The notes under the pieces were generated by a model. It made no database searches and was not told the DNA's origin. It was given only the letters and a program-made list of their open reading frames with translations. From contig DASYIX010000115.1 of NCBI GenBank assembly GCA_035997125.1, positions 29 through 64,028 of the forward strand: a stretch of 64,000 nt of DNA, given 5' to 3'. Positions 43,812-52,932 of the stretch are shown piece after piece. Each line of letters opens with the position of its first letter. Within the stretch, counting starts at the first letter, position 1. Both the position numbers and the translations under genes were made by a program. Source of the DNA: Gemmatimonadales bacterium. GTDB taxonomy: Bacteria; Gemmatimonadota; Gemmatimonadetes; Gemmatimonadales; GWC2-71-9.

Positions 43812-44341
43812 TGGCGCAGTCCGGTGTAGTGCCGGCCGGCATTGCCGCCATTCTCGATCGTGACCTGCGGGCCCTCCGGCGCGAGGTCGAGGCCTATCCA
43901 GACGACCGCTCGCTCTGGCAGGGAGTGCCCGGAATCATCAACACCGGCGGCACCCTGGTGCTTCATCTCACCGGCAATCTTCAGCACTACCTGGGGGCCC
44001 TGTTCGCCGGGACCGGCTACGTTCGCGATCGGCCTGCGGAATTCGCCCGTCGCGACGTCCCTCGAGCAGAGTTGCTGCGTGAGATCGACGCCGCCCGTTC
44101 CGCGGTCAGGGCTGGCTTGGGGCGTCTTTCGGAGGCGCAGCTTGCAGCCGATTTCCCGGAGGCCATCGCCGGAGCCCGAGTCGCCACCAGCGACTATCTC
44201 GTCCACCTGACCACGCACTTCGCCTATCACCTCGGTCAGCTGGACTACCACCGCCGAGTCGTCACCCGCAACGAGAGCGGGGTCGGTGCCGTGCGGCCGG
44301 CGGAGCTGAGCTCGGCCCGTCCGCTGGAGGCAGGGGCATGA
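43811..44341 (+). CDS. DinB family protein
   Basis: Four-helix-bundle His triad context 'LVLHLTGNLQHYLG' ... 'HLTTHFAYHLGQLDYHRR'. 176 aa. Confidence 0.75.
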   Translation: MAQSGVVPAGIAAILDRDLRALRREVEAYPDDRSLWQGVPGIINTGGTLVLHLTGNLQHYLGALFAGTGYVRDRPAEFARRDVPRAELLREIDAARSAVRAGLGRLSEAQLAADFPEAIAGARVATSDYLVHLTTHFAYHLGQLDYHRRVVTRNESGVGAVRPAELSSARPLEAGA

Positions 44342-44535
44342 AGCCGGTGGCGCGCGAAGCGTTGCTGCTGGTGGGACTGGTTCTGTTGGTGGATGCTGTC
44401 TTCGTGGCCGCTTACTTCCTGGGTCATCTCCGAACCGTCTCGGATCCAGCAAAAGTGGCATTTACCGGGGTCTGGACGCTGGTGACGCTCGCGGTGGTGA
44501 TCCGGGGACTCTTGCGAGTCAGGAAGGCGCGCTGA
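44338..44535 (+). CDS. small two-TM membrane protein, hypothetical
   Basis: 65 aa with an ATGA overlap upstream. Its TGA overlaps the proposed glgX CTG. Confidence 0.5.
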   Translation: MKPVAREALLLVGLVLLVDAVFVAAYFLGHLRTVSDPAKVAFTGVWTLVTLAVVIRGLLRVRKAR

Positions 44536-46622
44536 AGAACCCACCTGCAGCGGCACCGCTCGGCGCCTTCTGGGACGGTCAGGGCACCAGCTTTGCCATT
44601 TACTCCGAGCATGGCACGAGGGTAGAGCTCTGCCTCTATGCCCAGCCAGGCGATGCCACCGATTCGAAGCGGATCGAGTTACCCCAGCGCCCCGACGGGG
44701 TCTGGCAGACTCATGTCTCGGATGTCCGGCCGGGGCAGGCGTACGGGTATCGAGTGCATGGACCCTACGCGCCGGACCAGGGTCACCGCTTTAATCCAGC
44801 CAAGCTGCTCCTCGATCCCTATGCGAGGGCGATCAGCGGATCGATCGCGTGGAACGAGGCGCTCTCGGGATCACCACCTCAGCTGCCGCAGATCGAACGT
44901 GACCTGATCGCCGATCCCGTCGACAGTGCCGCGGCCATGGCCAAGGCTCTGGTCATCGATCCGGCTTTCGCCTGGAACGGTGACCAGCCCCTGCGCACTC
45001 CGTGGGATCAGACCGTGATTTACGAGTGCCACGTCAAGGCAATGACCATGCTGCACCCCGGTGTGCCGGACGAGCTCCGGGGTACCTACCTGGGCCTTGC
45101 CAGTGATCCCATCATCGATCACCTGAAGCGTCTCGGTGTGACGGCGGTGGAGCTCCTGCCGGTGCACCACATGGTCACCGAGCGCCGCCTTGCCGCGTTG
45201 GAACTGACCAACTACTGGGGCTACAGCTCGATCGGATTCTTTGCTCCCGATACCCGTTTTGCCAGCCGCGCAGGGCCGGCCGGCCGCCAGGTGAAGGAGT
45301 TCAAGGCGATGGTCCAGCGGTTTCATGCGGCTGGTCTGGAGGTCATTCTGGATGTGGTGTACAACCACACGGCCGAAGGGAACCAGCTGGGGCCGACCCT
45401 GTCGTTTCGCGGGATCGACAACGCCCGGTACTATCGGCCTCATCCGGACGGACCTCGCTTCTATGCCGACTTCACCGGCTGTGGAAACACGGTGGATCTG
45501 CAGCATTCGCGGGTGCGGCAAATGGTCACGGACAGCCTCCGCTACTGGATCACGGAGATGCACGTCGATGGCTTCCGTTTCGATATTGCGCCGGTACTCG
45601 CCCGGGAGGGCGGCGGCGTCAACATGGCCGGCGAGTTCATGAACGAAGTCCGGCGCGACCCGATCGTTGGTCAGGCAAAGCTCATCGCCGAACCGTGGGA
45701 TTTGGGTCCCGACGGTTACCAGACCGGACGGTTCCCCGTGGGCTGGAGCGAGTGGAACGACAAGTATCGCAACAGCGTGCGGCAATTCTGGCGGGGCGAC
45801 CCGGGCCAGGTAGGCAATGTCGCCTCGCGCCTGTCCGGAAGCAGCGACCTGTACGAGGCGAGCGGGCGCCCGCCTCAGGCCAGCGTGAACTTCGTGACCT
45901 GCCACGACGGCTTCACCCTACAGGACCTGGTCAGCTATGAGACCAAACACAACCTGGCCAACGGGGAGGACAACCGGGACGGGACCGATTACAACCTGAG
46001 CCGAAACTGGGGTATCGAGGGTCCCGCCGAGTCGCCCCGCGTCCTCCACGTCCGCGAGCGGATGAAGCGGAACTTTCTCGCGACCCTGGCCTTCTCCCAG
46101 GGAGTGCCGATGGTCTCCCATGGGGATGAGGTAGGCCGCACGCAGTCCGGCAACAACAACGCCTATTGCCACGATGGTCCGCTGACCTGGGTGGACTGGC
46201 GGCTGACGCGGGAGCAGCAAGATCTGCTCGAGTTCACCCAAAACATCTTTGCCATCCGGGCGGCCACGCCGCTGCTGCGCCGAAGCAGCTTCTTCCGCCG
46301 CGCGCCCGAGGGTCCGGATCAGCTCAAGGATCTCACCTGGCTTCGATCCGACGGGAAGGAAATGACGGTCGCGGAATGGACCGATCCCGCCAACCACGTC
46401 CTCGGCATGTTGATTCACAGCGATCGTGCGGAGACTGAAGACTTATTGCTGCTGCTGAACTCGGGCGGTCGCTCCAAGCCCTTCACCTTGCCGCCGCCGA
46501 GTCATCCAGGGATCTGGACCGAAGTGGTGAACACCTCCAATGCCCCTCATCGTCGAGTATCCGAAGGGCTAGTGAACCTGGGGCCTCGCACGCTGATCCT
46601 GTTGAAATACGAGCGGGAATGA
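44532..46622 (+). CDS. glgX: glycogen debranching enzyme GlgX
   Basis: 'YGYRVHGPYAPDQGHRFNPAKLLLDPYA', 'DVVYNHT', 'GFRFDIA', 'EPWD', 'FVTCHDGFTL'. The conserved N-terminal domain 'PLGAFWDGQGTSFAIYSEHGTRVELCLY' lies upstream of the first canonical start (GTG 44754), so I propose the CTG at 44532. Confidence 0.88.
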   Translation: MKNPPAAAPLGAFWDGQGTSFAIYSEHGTRVELCLYAQPGDATDSKRIELPQRPDGVWQTHVSDVRPGQAYGYRVHGPYAPDQGHRFNPAKLLLDPYARAISGSIAWNEALSGSPPQLPQIERDLIADPVDSAAAMAKALVIDPAFAWNGDQPLRTPWDQTVIYECHVKAMTMLHPGVPDELRGTYLGLASDPIIDHLKRLGVTAVELLPVHHMVTERRLAALELTNYWGYSSIGFFAPDTRFASRAGPAGRQVKEFKAMVQRFHAAGLEVILDVVYNHTAEGNQLGPTLSFRGIDNARYYRPHPDGPRFYADFTGCGNTVDLQHSRVRQMVTDSLRYWITEMHVDGFRFDIAPVLAREGGGVNMAGEFMNEVRRDPIVGQAKLIAEPWDLGPDGYQTGRFPVGWSEWNDKYRNSVRQFWRGDPGQVGNVASRLSGSSDLYEASGRPPQASVNFVTCHDGFTLQDLVSYETKHNLANGEDNRDGTDYNLSRNWGIEGPAESPRVLHVRERMKRNFLATLAFSQGVPMVSHGDEVGRTQSGNNNAYCHDGPLTWVDWRLTREQQDLLEFTQNIFAIRAATPLLRRSSFFRRAPEGPDQLKDLTWLRSDGKEMTVAEWTDPANHVLGMLIHSDRAETEDLLLLLNSGGRSKPFTLPPPSHPGIWTEVVNTSNAPHRRVSEGLVNLGPRTLILLKYERE

Positions 46623-46630
46623 CTCGCCCG

Positions 46631-47038
46631 CTACCCGTCCAACCGCTTGCCTTGCAACGCAAGCTGAACCTGCTCCGGAAAGCCGCGGACGTCGATCGGC
46701 TTGGTGATGTACCCGTCGAAGCCGGCCTGCAGCGCGCGCTCGCGATCGCCGGTCATGGCATGGGCCGTCAGCGCAACCACGCGCACTGTTCCATACGGGG
46801 AGCTCCGGATCTCCCGGAGTAGTGCGAAGCCGTCCTTGCCCGGCAGCTGGATGTCCATCAGAACCAGATCGGGGGTTCCGCCCTCGATGGCGTCGAGGAG
46901 TCCCTCGCCGCCGGCGAGGCCGGTCACCGCATGACCCTTGAGGGTCAGCAGTGTCCGGAACAGCTTCATGTTGTCCGGGCTGTCTTCCACGATCAGAATC
47001 TTGGCCACGCGCGCGGTTTCCGTTGAGAATGGGGTCAC
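46631..47038 (-). CDS. response regulator, receiver domain only (CheY-like)
   Basis: 'KILIVEDSPDN...PDLVLMDIQLPGKDGF...ALTAHAM...GFDGYITKP'. 135 aa. Confidence 0.9.
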   Translation of the reverse strand: MTPFSTETARVAKILIVEDSPDNMKLFRTLLTLKGHAVTGLAGGEGLLDAIEGGTPDLVLMDIQLPGKDGFALLREIRSSPYGTVRVVALTAHAMTGDRERALQAGFDGYITKPIDVRGFPEQVQLALQGKRLDG

Positions 47039-47139
47039 ATATCAGTACAATCTTGGCTGTCCTCCGGCAACAACGACACAGTCGCACCCGCTTCCCCCGG
47101 CCATCGGATGCGTTTCTTAGACTCTCGCCCTAGCGGCAC

Positions 47140-47988
47140 GTGCGCCCGTCTTCGCTGGCAGTGATCGGCCTGGGAGCGATCGGGGGATCGCTCGCCTGGC
47201 AGTCGCGCCTGGCCGGGGTGGCCCGAGTCGTCGGATACTCGCCGGAGCCGGCCGAAGGCGTGCGGGCGCTCAAGGCCGCGGCGATTACCGAGCTGGCCGA
47301 TACCCCTGCCCGCGCAGTACGGGGGGCTGAGCTGGTGGTGCTGGCGGTGCCGCCACGTCCCACCCTGGAGTTGATCGCGGGACTGGCCGCCGCCCTAGAG
47401 GCCAAGGCGCTCCTCACCGACGTATGCAGCGTGAAGCTGCCCGTCGTCAAGCAGGCTGTAGCCTCCGGCCTTGGCGACCGGTTTGCCGGTGGCCACCCTC
47501 TCGCCGGCACCCACGAGACCGGCTTCGGTTCCGCCCGTCCCGATCGATTCCGCGGCTGTGTGGTATACATCTGTGAGAGCGGAACCTCGGCGGGACATCG
47601 AGCGGCTGATGCCGTCGCCAGCTTTTGGGAGCGCACCCTGGAAGCGGCGCCGGTCCGGATAGACGCCGAGGCGCATGACCGGCAGCTTGCCTGGACCAGT
47701 CATCTGCCCCAAGCCATCGCCTCTGCGCTGGCCAAGAGTCTGGCCGACCGGGGACTCAGCGCGGTCTCGTTCGGCAGCGGGGCCAAGGACACCACCCGGC
47801 TCGCTGCCAGCAATCCGGAGATGTGGGTCGACATCCTGCTCCACAATCAGACCGCGGTGAGCGAGGCTCTGGAACAAACCGAGGGGGAGATCGCGGAGCT
47901 GCGGCGACTGCTGGCCGGCCGGGACGGGGCCGGACTCCGCCGGTTTCTCGAAGCGGCAAAGGCTTTCCGCGAAGGGATCGAACGGTGA
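47140..47988 (+). CDS. tyrA: prephenate (arogenate) dehydrogenase
   Basis: 'LAVIGLGAIGGSLA' Rossmann motif, 'DVCSVK' and 'FAGGHPLAGTHETG'. 282 aa. Confidence 0.88.
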   Translation: MRPSSLAVIGLGAIGGSLAWQSRLAGVARVVGYSPEPAEGVRALKAAAITELADTPARAVRGAELVVLAVPPRPTLELIAGLAAALEAKALLTDVCSVKLPVVKQAVASGLGDRFAGGHPLAGTHETGFGSARPDRFRGCVVYICESGTSAGHRAADAVASFWERTLEAAPVRIDAEAHDRQLAWTSHLPQAIASALAKSLADRGLSAVSFGSGAKDTTRLAASNPEMWVDILLHNQTAVSEALEQTEGEIAELRRLLAGRDGAGLRRFLEAAKAFREGIER

Positions 47989-49256
47989 GGGTCGCAGGTA
48001 CCGTCAGGGTTCCAGGAGACAAGAGCATTACCCATCGGGTGCTGCTGTTGGCGGCTCTGGCGCGGGGAACCAGCCGGATCGGCGGTGCACTCACATCGCT
48101 GGATGCGCGTAGCACCGCGCGGGTCTTGCGGCAGCTCGGCGCCGGACTTTCACCGCTCCGGACGGGGGCGACCACGACGGTGCAGGGGAGGGGGCGCTTT
48201 CGCCGTCCCATCGAGTCGCTGAATTGTGGAAACTCGGGCACCACCACCCGGCTCCTGCTGGGTCTCCTCTCCGCTCACCAGTTCTCCGCCACGCTCACCG
48301 GCGACAGCTCGCTTCGCCGCCGGCCGATTCGCCGGGTCACCGGTCCTCTCTCGGAGATGGGAGCGCGGTTCATCGAACGGAATGGAGACGGACTGCCACT
48401 CACCGTCGAAGGTGCCCGGCTCAAGGCGTTGATCTACGACATGCCGGTCTCCAGTGCGCAGATCAAGAGCGCGCTCCTGTTGGCCGGAGTGGCGGGGGAG
48501 GCCGAAGTGACGCTGCGTGAGCCACACGGTCGCTCCCGCGATCACACCGAGCGGCTGCTGCGCGCCTTCGGGTACGGGATCCGGGAAAGCGAGGGCTGGA
48601 TTCACTTCTCGCCGAGCGGCCAAGTCGAGCCGTTTGAGATCGAAGTACCGGGCGACCCGTCCTCGGCCGCCTTTCTCGTCGGCGCGGCAACCCTGGCCGA
48701 AGGTGGTGAGCTGCGCATCGCCGGAGTCGGCGTCAATCCCACCCGGATCGGCTTCCTCGAGGTTTTGCGCCGGATGGGAGGACAGGTTCGGATCGAGAGC
48801 CAGGCGACCCAGTTCGGCGAGCCGGTGGGAGACCTGGTGGTCAAACCGGGCGCGTTGCGCGGGACTGAGGTACACGCGCGCGAGATCCCTGGCCTGATTG
48901 ATGAGATCCCCATTCTGGCCGTCCTCGCCTCCCGGGCGGAGGGCAGCACCACCTTTAGAGAAGTGGGAGAGCTTCGGGTCAAGGAAAGCGACCGGCTCGC
49001 GCTCATGGCCGAGAATCTGCGCGCCGTCGGAGCACGCGCCGAGGTGATTGGGGAGGATCTGGTGGTCGAGGGAAGCGATACTGTGCCTGAGGGCAGAGTC
49101 CGAACTGCGGCAGATCATCGCCTCGCCATGGCCTTTGCCGTCCTGGGCACCTTGCCCAAAGCCCGGGTCCGAATCGACAACCTGGCGTCCGCCGCTGTCA
49201 GTTTTCCAAACTTTCCCAAGACGCTCCGGAAAATCGGGAAGCGAGCTCGGAAATGA
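47985..49256 (+). CDS. aroA: 3-phosphoshikimate 1-carboxyvinyltransferase
   Basis: 'VRVPGDKSITHRVLLLAAL', 'LNCGNSGTTTRLLLG', 'LRVKESDRL'. The GTG start overlaps the tyrA stop (GTGA). Confidence 0.93.
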   Translation: MRVAGTVRVPGDKSITHRVLLLAALARGTSRIGGALTSLDARSTARVLRQLGAGLSPLRTGATTTVQGRGRFRRPIESLNCGNSGTTTRLLLGLLSAHQFSATLTGDSSLRRRPIRRVTGPLSEMGARFIERNGDGLPLTVEGARLKALIYDMPVSSAQIKSALLLAGVAGEAEVTLREPHGRSRDHTERLLRAFGYGIRESEGWIHFSPSGQVEPFEIEVPGDPSSAAFLVGAATLAEGGELRIAGVGVNPTRIGFLEVLRRMGGQVRIESQATQFGEPVGDLVVKPGALRGTEVHAREIPGLIDEIPILAVLASRAEGSTTFREVGELRVKESDRLALMAENLRAVGARAEVIGEDLVVEGSDTVPEGRVRTAADHRLAMAFAVLGTLPKARVRIDNLASAAVSFPNFPKTLRKIGKRARK

Positions 49257-49963
49257 ACGGCGGCGTGATCGCGATCGACGGGCCATCCGCCTCGGGCAAG
49301 TCCAGCACCGCGCGGGCGGTAGCGGAGGCCCTCGGCTTAGCCCATCTCGACTCGGGCTCCCTGTACCGCGGAGTCACCCTGGTGGCGCTGCGCGAGTGGG
49401 CCCGACGAGGTCGTCAGGGCGATGATCCGGTCAGAGACCTGGCACCGGAGATCATCCTGCGGGCGGCCGAGGACCGCGGTCTCATGTTACAGTCTGATGG
49501 AGCCGGGTTTGTCGCTTACCTGGAGGGCGAGCCCGTCGAGGACGCCCTCCGGAGCGTCGAGGTGACGGCGCATGTGTCGGCCATCGCGGCCATCCCGGTG
49601 GTCCGCGAGTGGGTCAACACCCGGCTCCGCGCGATGGTCCGCGCCGGCCAGAATGTAGTGGTGGATGGAAGGGACATCGGCACCGTGGTGTTTCCCGATG
49701 CCGAGCTGAAGATCTTTCTCACTGCTTCCCCCGAGGCCCGGGCCGGTCGCCGGATCAGCCAACGGGGGGCGGCCATCGAGCAGGATCACCTCGATGCCGA
49801 GACTGCGGCGCTGGCCGCCCGCGACCACGCCGATTCCACCCGCGCCATAGCCCCGCTGCGCCCGGCCGCCGATGCCGTCCACCTCGATACCACGGCGATG
49901 GGCTTCGCCGAGCAGGTGCGGTTCATCGTGGACCGAGCTCTGCCGATCTTCTCCCGCCGCTGA
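49253..49963 (+). CDS. cmk: (d)CMP kinase
   Basis: 'VIAIDGPSASGKSSTARAVA...LDSGSLYR' and 'VVDGRDIGTVVFPDA'. Confidence 0.93.
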   Translation: MNGGVIAIDGPSASGKSSTARAVAEALGLAHLDSGSLYRGVTLVALREWARRGRQGDDPVRDLAPEIILRAAEDRGLMLQSDGAGFVAYLEGEPVEDALRSVEVTAHVSAIAAIPVVREWVNTRLRAMVRAGQNVVVDGRDIGTVVFPDAELKIFLTASPEARAGRRISQRGAAIEQDHLDAETAALAARDHADSTRAIAPLRPAADAVHLDTTAMGFAEQVRFIVDRALPIFSRR

Positions 49964-50128
49964 CCTGACCGCTTTTCTCAACAGGCAACCGATTGATGGG
50001 CCTTGCGTTGTGGGGCGTCGCGCCTTATCCTCATTGGCTCTCGACCTTGGCGCTTCCGCCGGGGGCGCGGCTCTACTCTTACCCGTGGCCTCAGGGGCAC
50101 GGCTTTCTAAAGGACGGCACAGCTTCGC

Positions 50129-51838
50129 ATGCTCGATCAACTCCATCCTACCAGCGACCAATTCATCTCTCCCACCGGCCTCCGCGTTCGCCAGGATTTA
50201 TACGACGAGGACTATAGCGACGAAGACTACGAGCAGATGCTCTCGATGTACGAGGGCACCATGTCGCAGATCGTCGAAGGCGAGATCGTCAAGTCCAAAG
50301 TCCTTCGGGTCACCGACAACGCGGTCATCCTCGATGTCGGCTTCAAATCCGAGGGCTCGGTTCCGCTGGATGAGTTCAAGGATCCCCATTCCCTCAAAGA
50401 GGGCGATGAGGTCGAAGTCTTTCTTGAGCATCTGGAAGACCAGGAAGGCGCCGTCGTTTTATCGAAGAAGAAGGCCGACTTCATGCGGGTCTGGGAGAAG
50501 ATCCGCGTGGCCCACGAGAGTGATCAGCCGGTCGAGGGCACCCTGGTCAAGAAGATCAAGGGCGGCGTGGTGGTGAACCTGATGGGAGTGGACGCCTTCC
50601 TCCCCGGCAGCCAGATCGCCCTCCGGCGGGTGCCCAACATCGACGAGCTGCTGGGCCAGACCTACGAGTTCAAGATCATCAAGCTCAACAAGCGGCGGCG
50701 GAACATCGTGGTCAGCCGCCGGGTAATTCTGGAGAACGAGCGGGCCCACAAGCGCGAGCACCTGATGAAGGAGCTGGCGGTTGGCCAGGTGCGGAAGGGC
50801 GTGGTCAAGAACATCACCGACTTCGGCGCGTTCATCGATCTGGGCGGTGTGGACGGCCTGCTGCACATCACCGACATGTCGTACGGCAGGGTCTCCCACC
50901 CCACGGAAATGGTGGCGATCGGCAAGGAAGTCGAAGTCAAGATCCTCGACATCGACTGGCAGCGCGAACGCATCAGTCTCGGCATGAAGCAGCTGCAGTC
51001 CTATCCCTGGCAGAACGTAGCCGCTAAGTACCCGGTCGGCACCCGGGTGCAAGGCAAGGTGGTTTCGATCACGAATTACGGCGCCTTCGTCGAGATCGAG
51101 CCCGGCATCGAAGGGCTGGTTCACATCTCGGAGATGAGCTGGACCCGCAACGTCCGTCATCCCTCCAAGATCGTGAGCATTGGCGAGAGCATCGAGGCGG
51201 TCGTGCTCAAGGTGGACGAGGCCGAGGAGAAGATCTCGCTGGGCATGAAGCAGACGGAGCAGGATCCCTGGATGGTCCTTCCGCTCAAGTACCCGGTGGG
51301 CACCCGGATCAATGGCAAGGTGCGGAACCTGACCAGCTTCGGCGCCTTCGTCGAGATCGAGCCCGGGATCGACGGCCTGATCCACATCTCCGATATGTCC
51401 TGGACCAAGCGGGTCCAACACCCGTCGGAAGTGGTCAAGAAGGGCGACGCGGTGGACGTGGTGATCCTCAACATCGACGCCGAGAACAAGCGGATCTCGC
51501 TGGGCCTCAAACAGGCCGAGGAAGATCCCTGGCTCAAGATCGGCGAGACCTATCCCATCGGCATGGAGCTCAGGGGCCGGTCGGTGCGGTTGATGGACAA
51601 GGGTGTGGTGGTGGATCTGGGCAATGACATCGAAGGCTTCGTACCGATGTCGCAGTTGGGCGTGCCCAACATCGAGAACCCGGGGGAGGCGGTGAAGGAA
51701 GGCCAGGCTTTGGACCTCAAGGTCCTGGAGGTCGATCCCATTCATCACCGGATCGTGTTGGCCGTCATCGGCTATCCCGATGAGCCGATCATTCCGCCAG
51801 TGAAGCCGGCATTCGAGGAGACCACGGCGACAGAGTGA
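50129..51838 (+). CDS. rpsA: 30S ribosomal protein S1
   Basis: Six S1 repeats, for example 'GVVKNITDFGAFIDLGGVDGLLHITDMS'. 569 aa. Confidence 0.95.
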   Translation: MLDQLHPTSDQFISPTGLRVRQDLYDEDYSDEDYEQMLSMYEGTMSQIVEGEIVKSKVLRVTDNAVILDVGFKSEGSVPLDEFKDPHSLKEGDEVEVFLEHLEDQEGAVVLSKKKADFMRVWEKIRVAHESDQPVEGTLVKKIKGGVVVNLMGVDAFLPGSQIALRRVPNIDELLGQTYEFKIIKLNKRRRNIVVSRRVILENERAHKREHLMKELAVGQVRKGVVKNITDFGAFIDLGGVDGLLHITDMSYGRVSHPTEMVAIGKEVEVKILDIDWQRERISLGMKQLQSYPWQNVAAKYPVGTRVQGKVVSITNYGAFVEIEPGIEGLVHISEMSWTRNVRHPSKIVSIGESIEAVVLKVDEAEEKISLGMKQTEQDPWMVLPLKYPVGTRINGKVRNLTSFGAFVEIEPGIDGLIHISDMSWTKRVQHPSEVVKKGDAVDVVILNIDAENKRISLGLKQAEEDPWLKIGETYPIGMELRGRSVRLMDKGVVVDLGNDIEGFVPMSQLGVPNIENPGEAVKEGQALDLKVLEVDPIHHRIVLAVIGYPDEPIIPPVKPAFEETTATE

Positions 51839-51869
51839 GGCTGCCCCGAGCGTAACGAGGCGTCGGAGA

Positions 51870-51908
51870 GGGCGGATGGATCGGAAGATCTGCCGCCCTT
51901 TTTCATTT
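51870..51908 (+). terminator. intrinsic terminator after rpsA
   Basis: GGGCGG..GATC-ggaa-GATC..CCGCCC stem followed by TTTTTCATTT. Confidence 0.65.
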
Positions 51909-51936
51909 CCAGCGGTTCCATCCTGCGGAGGTTGAG

Positions 51937-52713
51937 GTGGTTTTCACCTTCCTTGCACTGGTGCTTGCAGGGCTTCTGTTCCTCAGCATGCTCGTCCTGA
52001 TGGAGGCAGGCCGTGTGGTCGGCTCCCGGCAGCGTGCGCGTGATGCCGAGGGCTCCCACGCCGGAGTTGGGGTGGTCGAAGGGTCCGTCTTCGGCCTGCT
52101 GGGCTTGTTGATGGCGTTTACCTTTTCGGGGGCAGCCGCGCGCTTCAGTGAACGGAAGCACCTGATCGTGGAAGAGGTCAACGCAATCGGCACGGCCTGG
52201 AAGCGAATCGACCTGCTGCCACCGGACGCCCAACCCGGGATCCGTGACGGATTCCGGCGTTACCTCGATGCCAGAATTGCGGCCTACGGGAAGCTGTCTG
52301 ATCTGAAGGCGGCGGCTGAGGAATTCACCAAGGCGGAGCTTGCTGGAAAGGAGACTTGGGCGAAGGCGGCGGCGGCGACCCGGCCGGAGACCGTTACACC
52401 CGCGCGGGCGCTGATCCTGCCTGCCATGAACCAGATGTTCGACATCGCGGAGACTCGAAGGCTCGCCACCTGGATGCATCCACCGCTCATTATCTATGTC
52501 ATGCTGGCCGTCCTTGCGCTGTCCGGCGCCTTACTCGCAGGGTACGGGATGGCCGGCGGTCGGAGCCGCAACTGGATCCACATGGTTGCCTTTTCGCTGA
52601 CCATCGCCTTCGCGGCGTATGTCATCATCGATCTCGAGTACCCCCGGTTGGGGGTGATCCGGGTGGACTATTTCGACCGTGCCCTGGTTGAGCTTCGGGC
52701 CACAATGCAATGA
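51937..52713 (+). CDS. DUF4239 (bestrophin-like) membrane protein
   Basis: 'GSVFGLLGLLMAFTFSGAAARFSERKHLIVEEVNAIGTAWKRIDLLP' plus C-terminal TM helices. Confidence 0.65.
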   Translation: MVFTFLALVLAGLLFLSMLVLMEAGRVVGSRQRARDAEGSHAGVGVVEGSVFGLLGLLMAFTFSGAAARFSERKHLIVEEVNAIGTAWKRIDLLPPDAQPGIRDGFRRYLDARIAAYGKLSDLKAAAEEFTKAELAGKETWAKAAAATRPETVTPARALILPAMNQMFDIAETRRLATWMHPPLIIYVMLAVLALSGALLAGYGMAGGRSRNWIHMVAFSLTIAFAAYVIIDLEYPRLGVIRVDYFDRALVELRATMQ

Positions 52714-52932
52714 CAGACGCCCTCCGGCTCCGAACCAAGATCTCCAGCGTCGCCAATCGCTCGCCGAAGAGACGAGGGCGACGGAGTAAGATAGGAGGCC
52801 GAAGAGGACTGGCTCAGCCCCCTTGCGGCCAGCCCTAATCTGCTCTGGGAGGTTCCGTTCAAGCTGAACCTTTGGCTAGGTTGCGCCGCCGCGCTGGCGG
52901 GGCCAAGTTGTGGCCCAAAGGAACTCCCCACC

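Noticed and set aside
26694-44535. A search for mobile-element hallmarks (integrase, transposase, att direct repeat of the tRNA-Leu 3' end, IS inverted repeats) in the accessory-looking stretch.
   Set aside because: None was found by eye. The nearest partial match to the tRNA 3' end (GAGTCTC...GCCCC at about 38968-38995) is too degenerate. I therefore call no mobile element and raise only a hypothesis of an old island.
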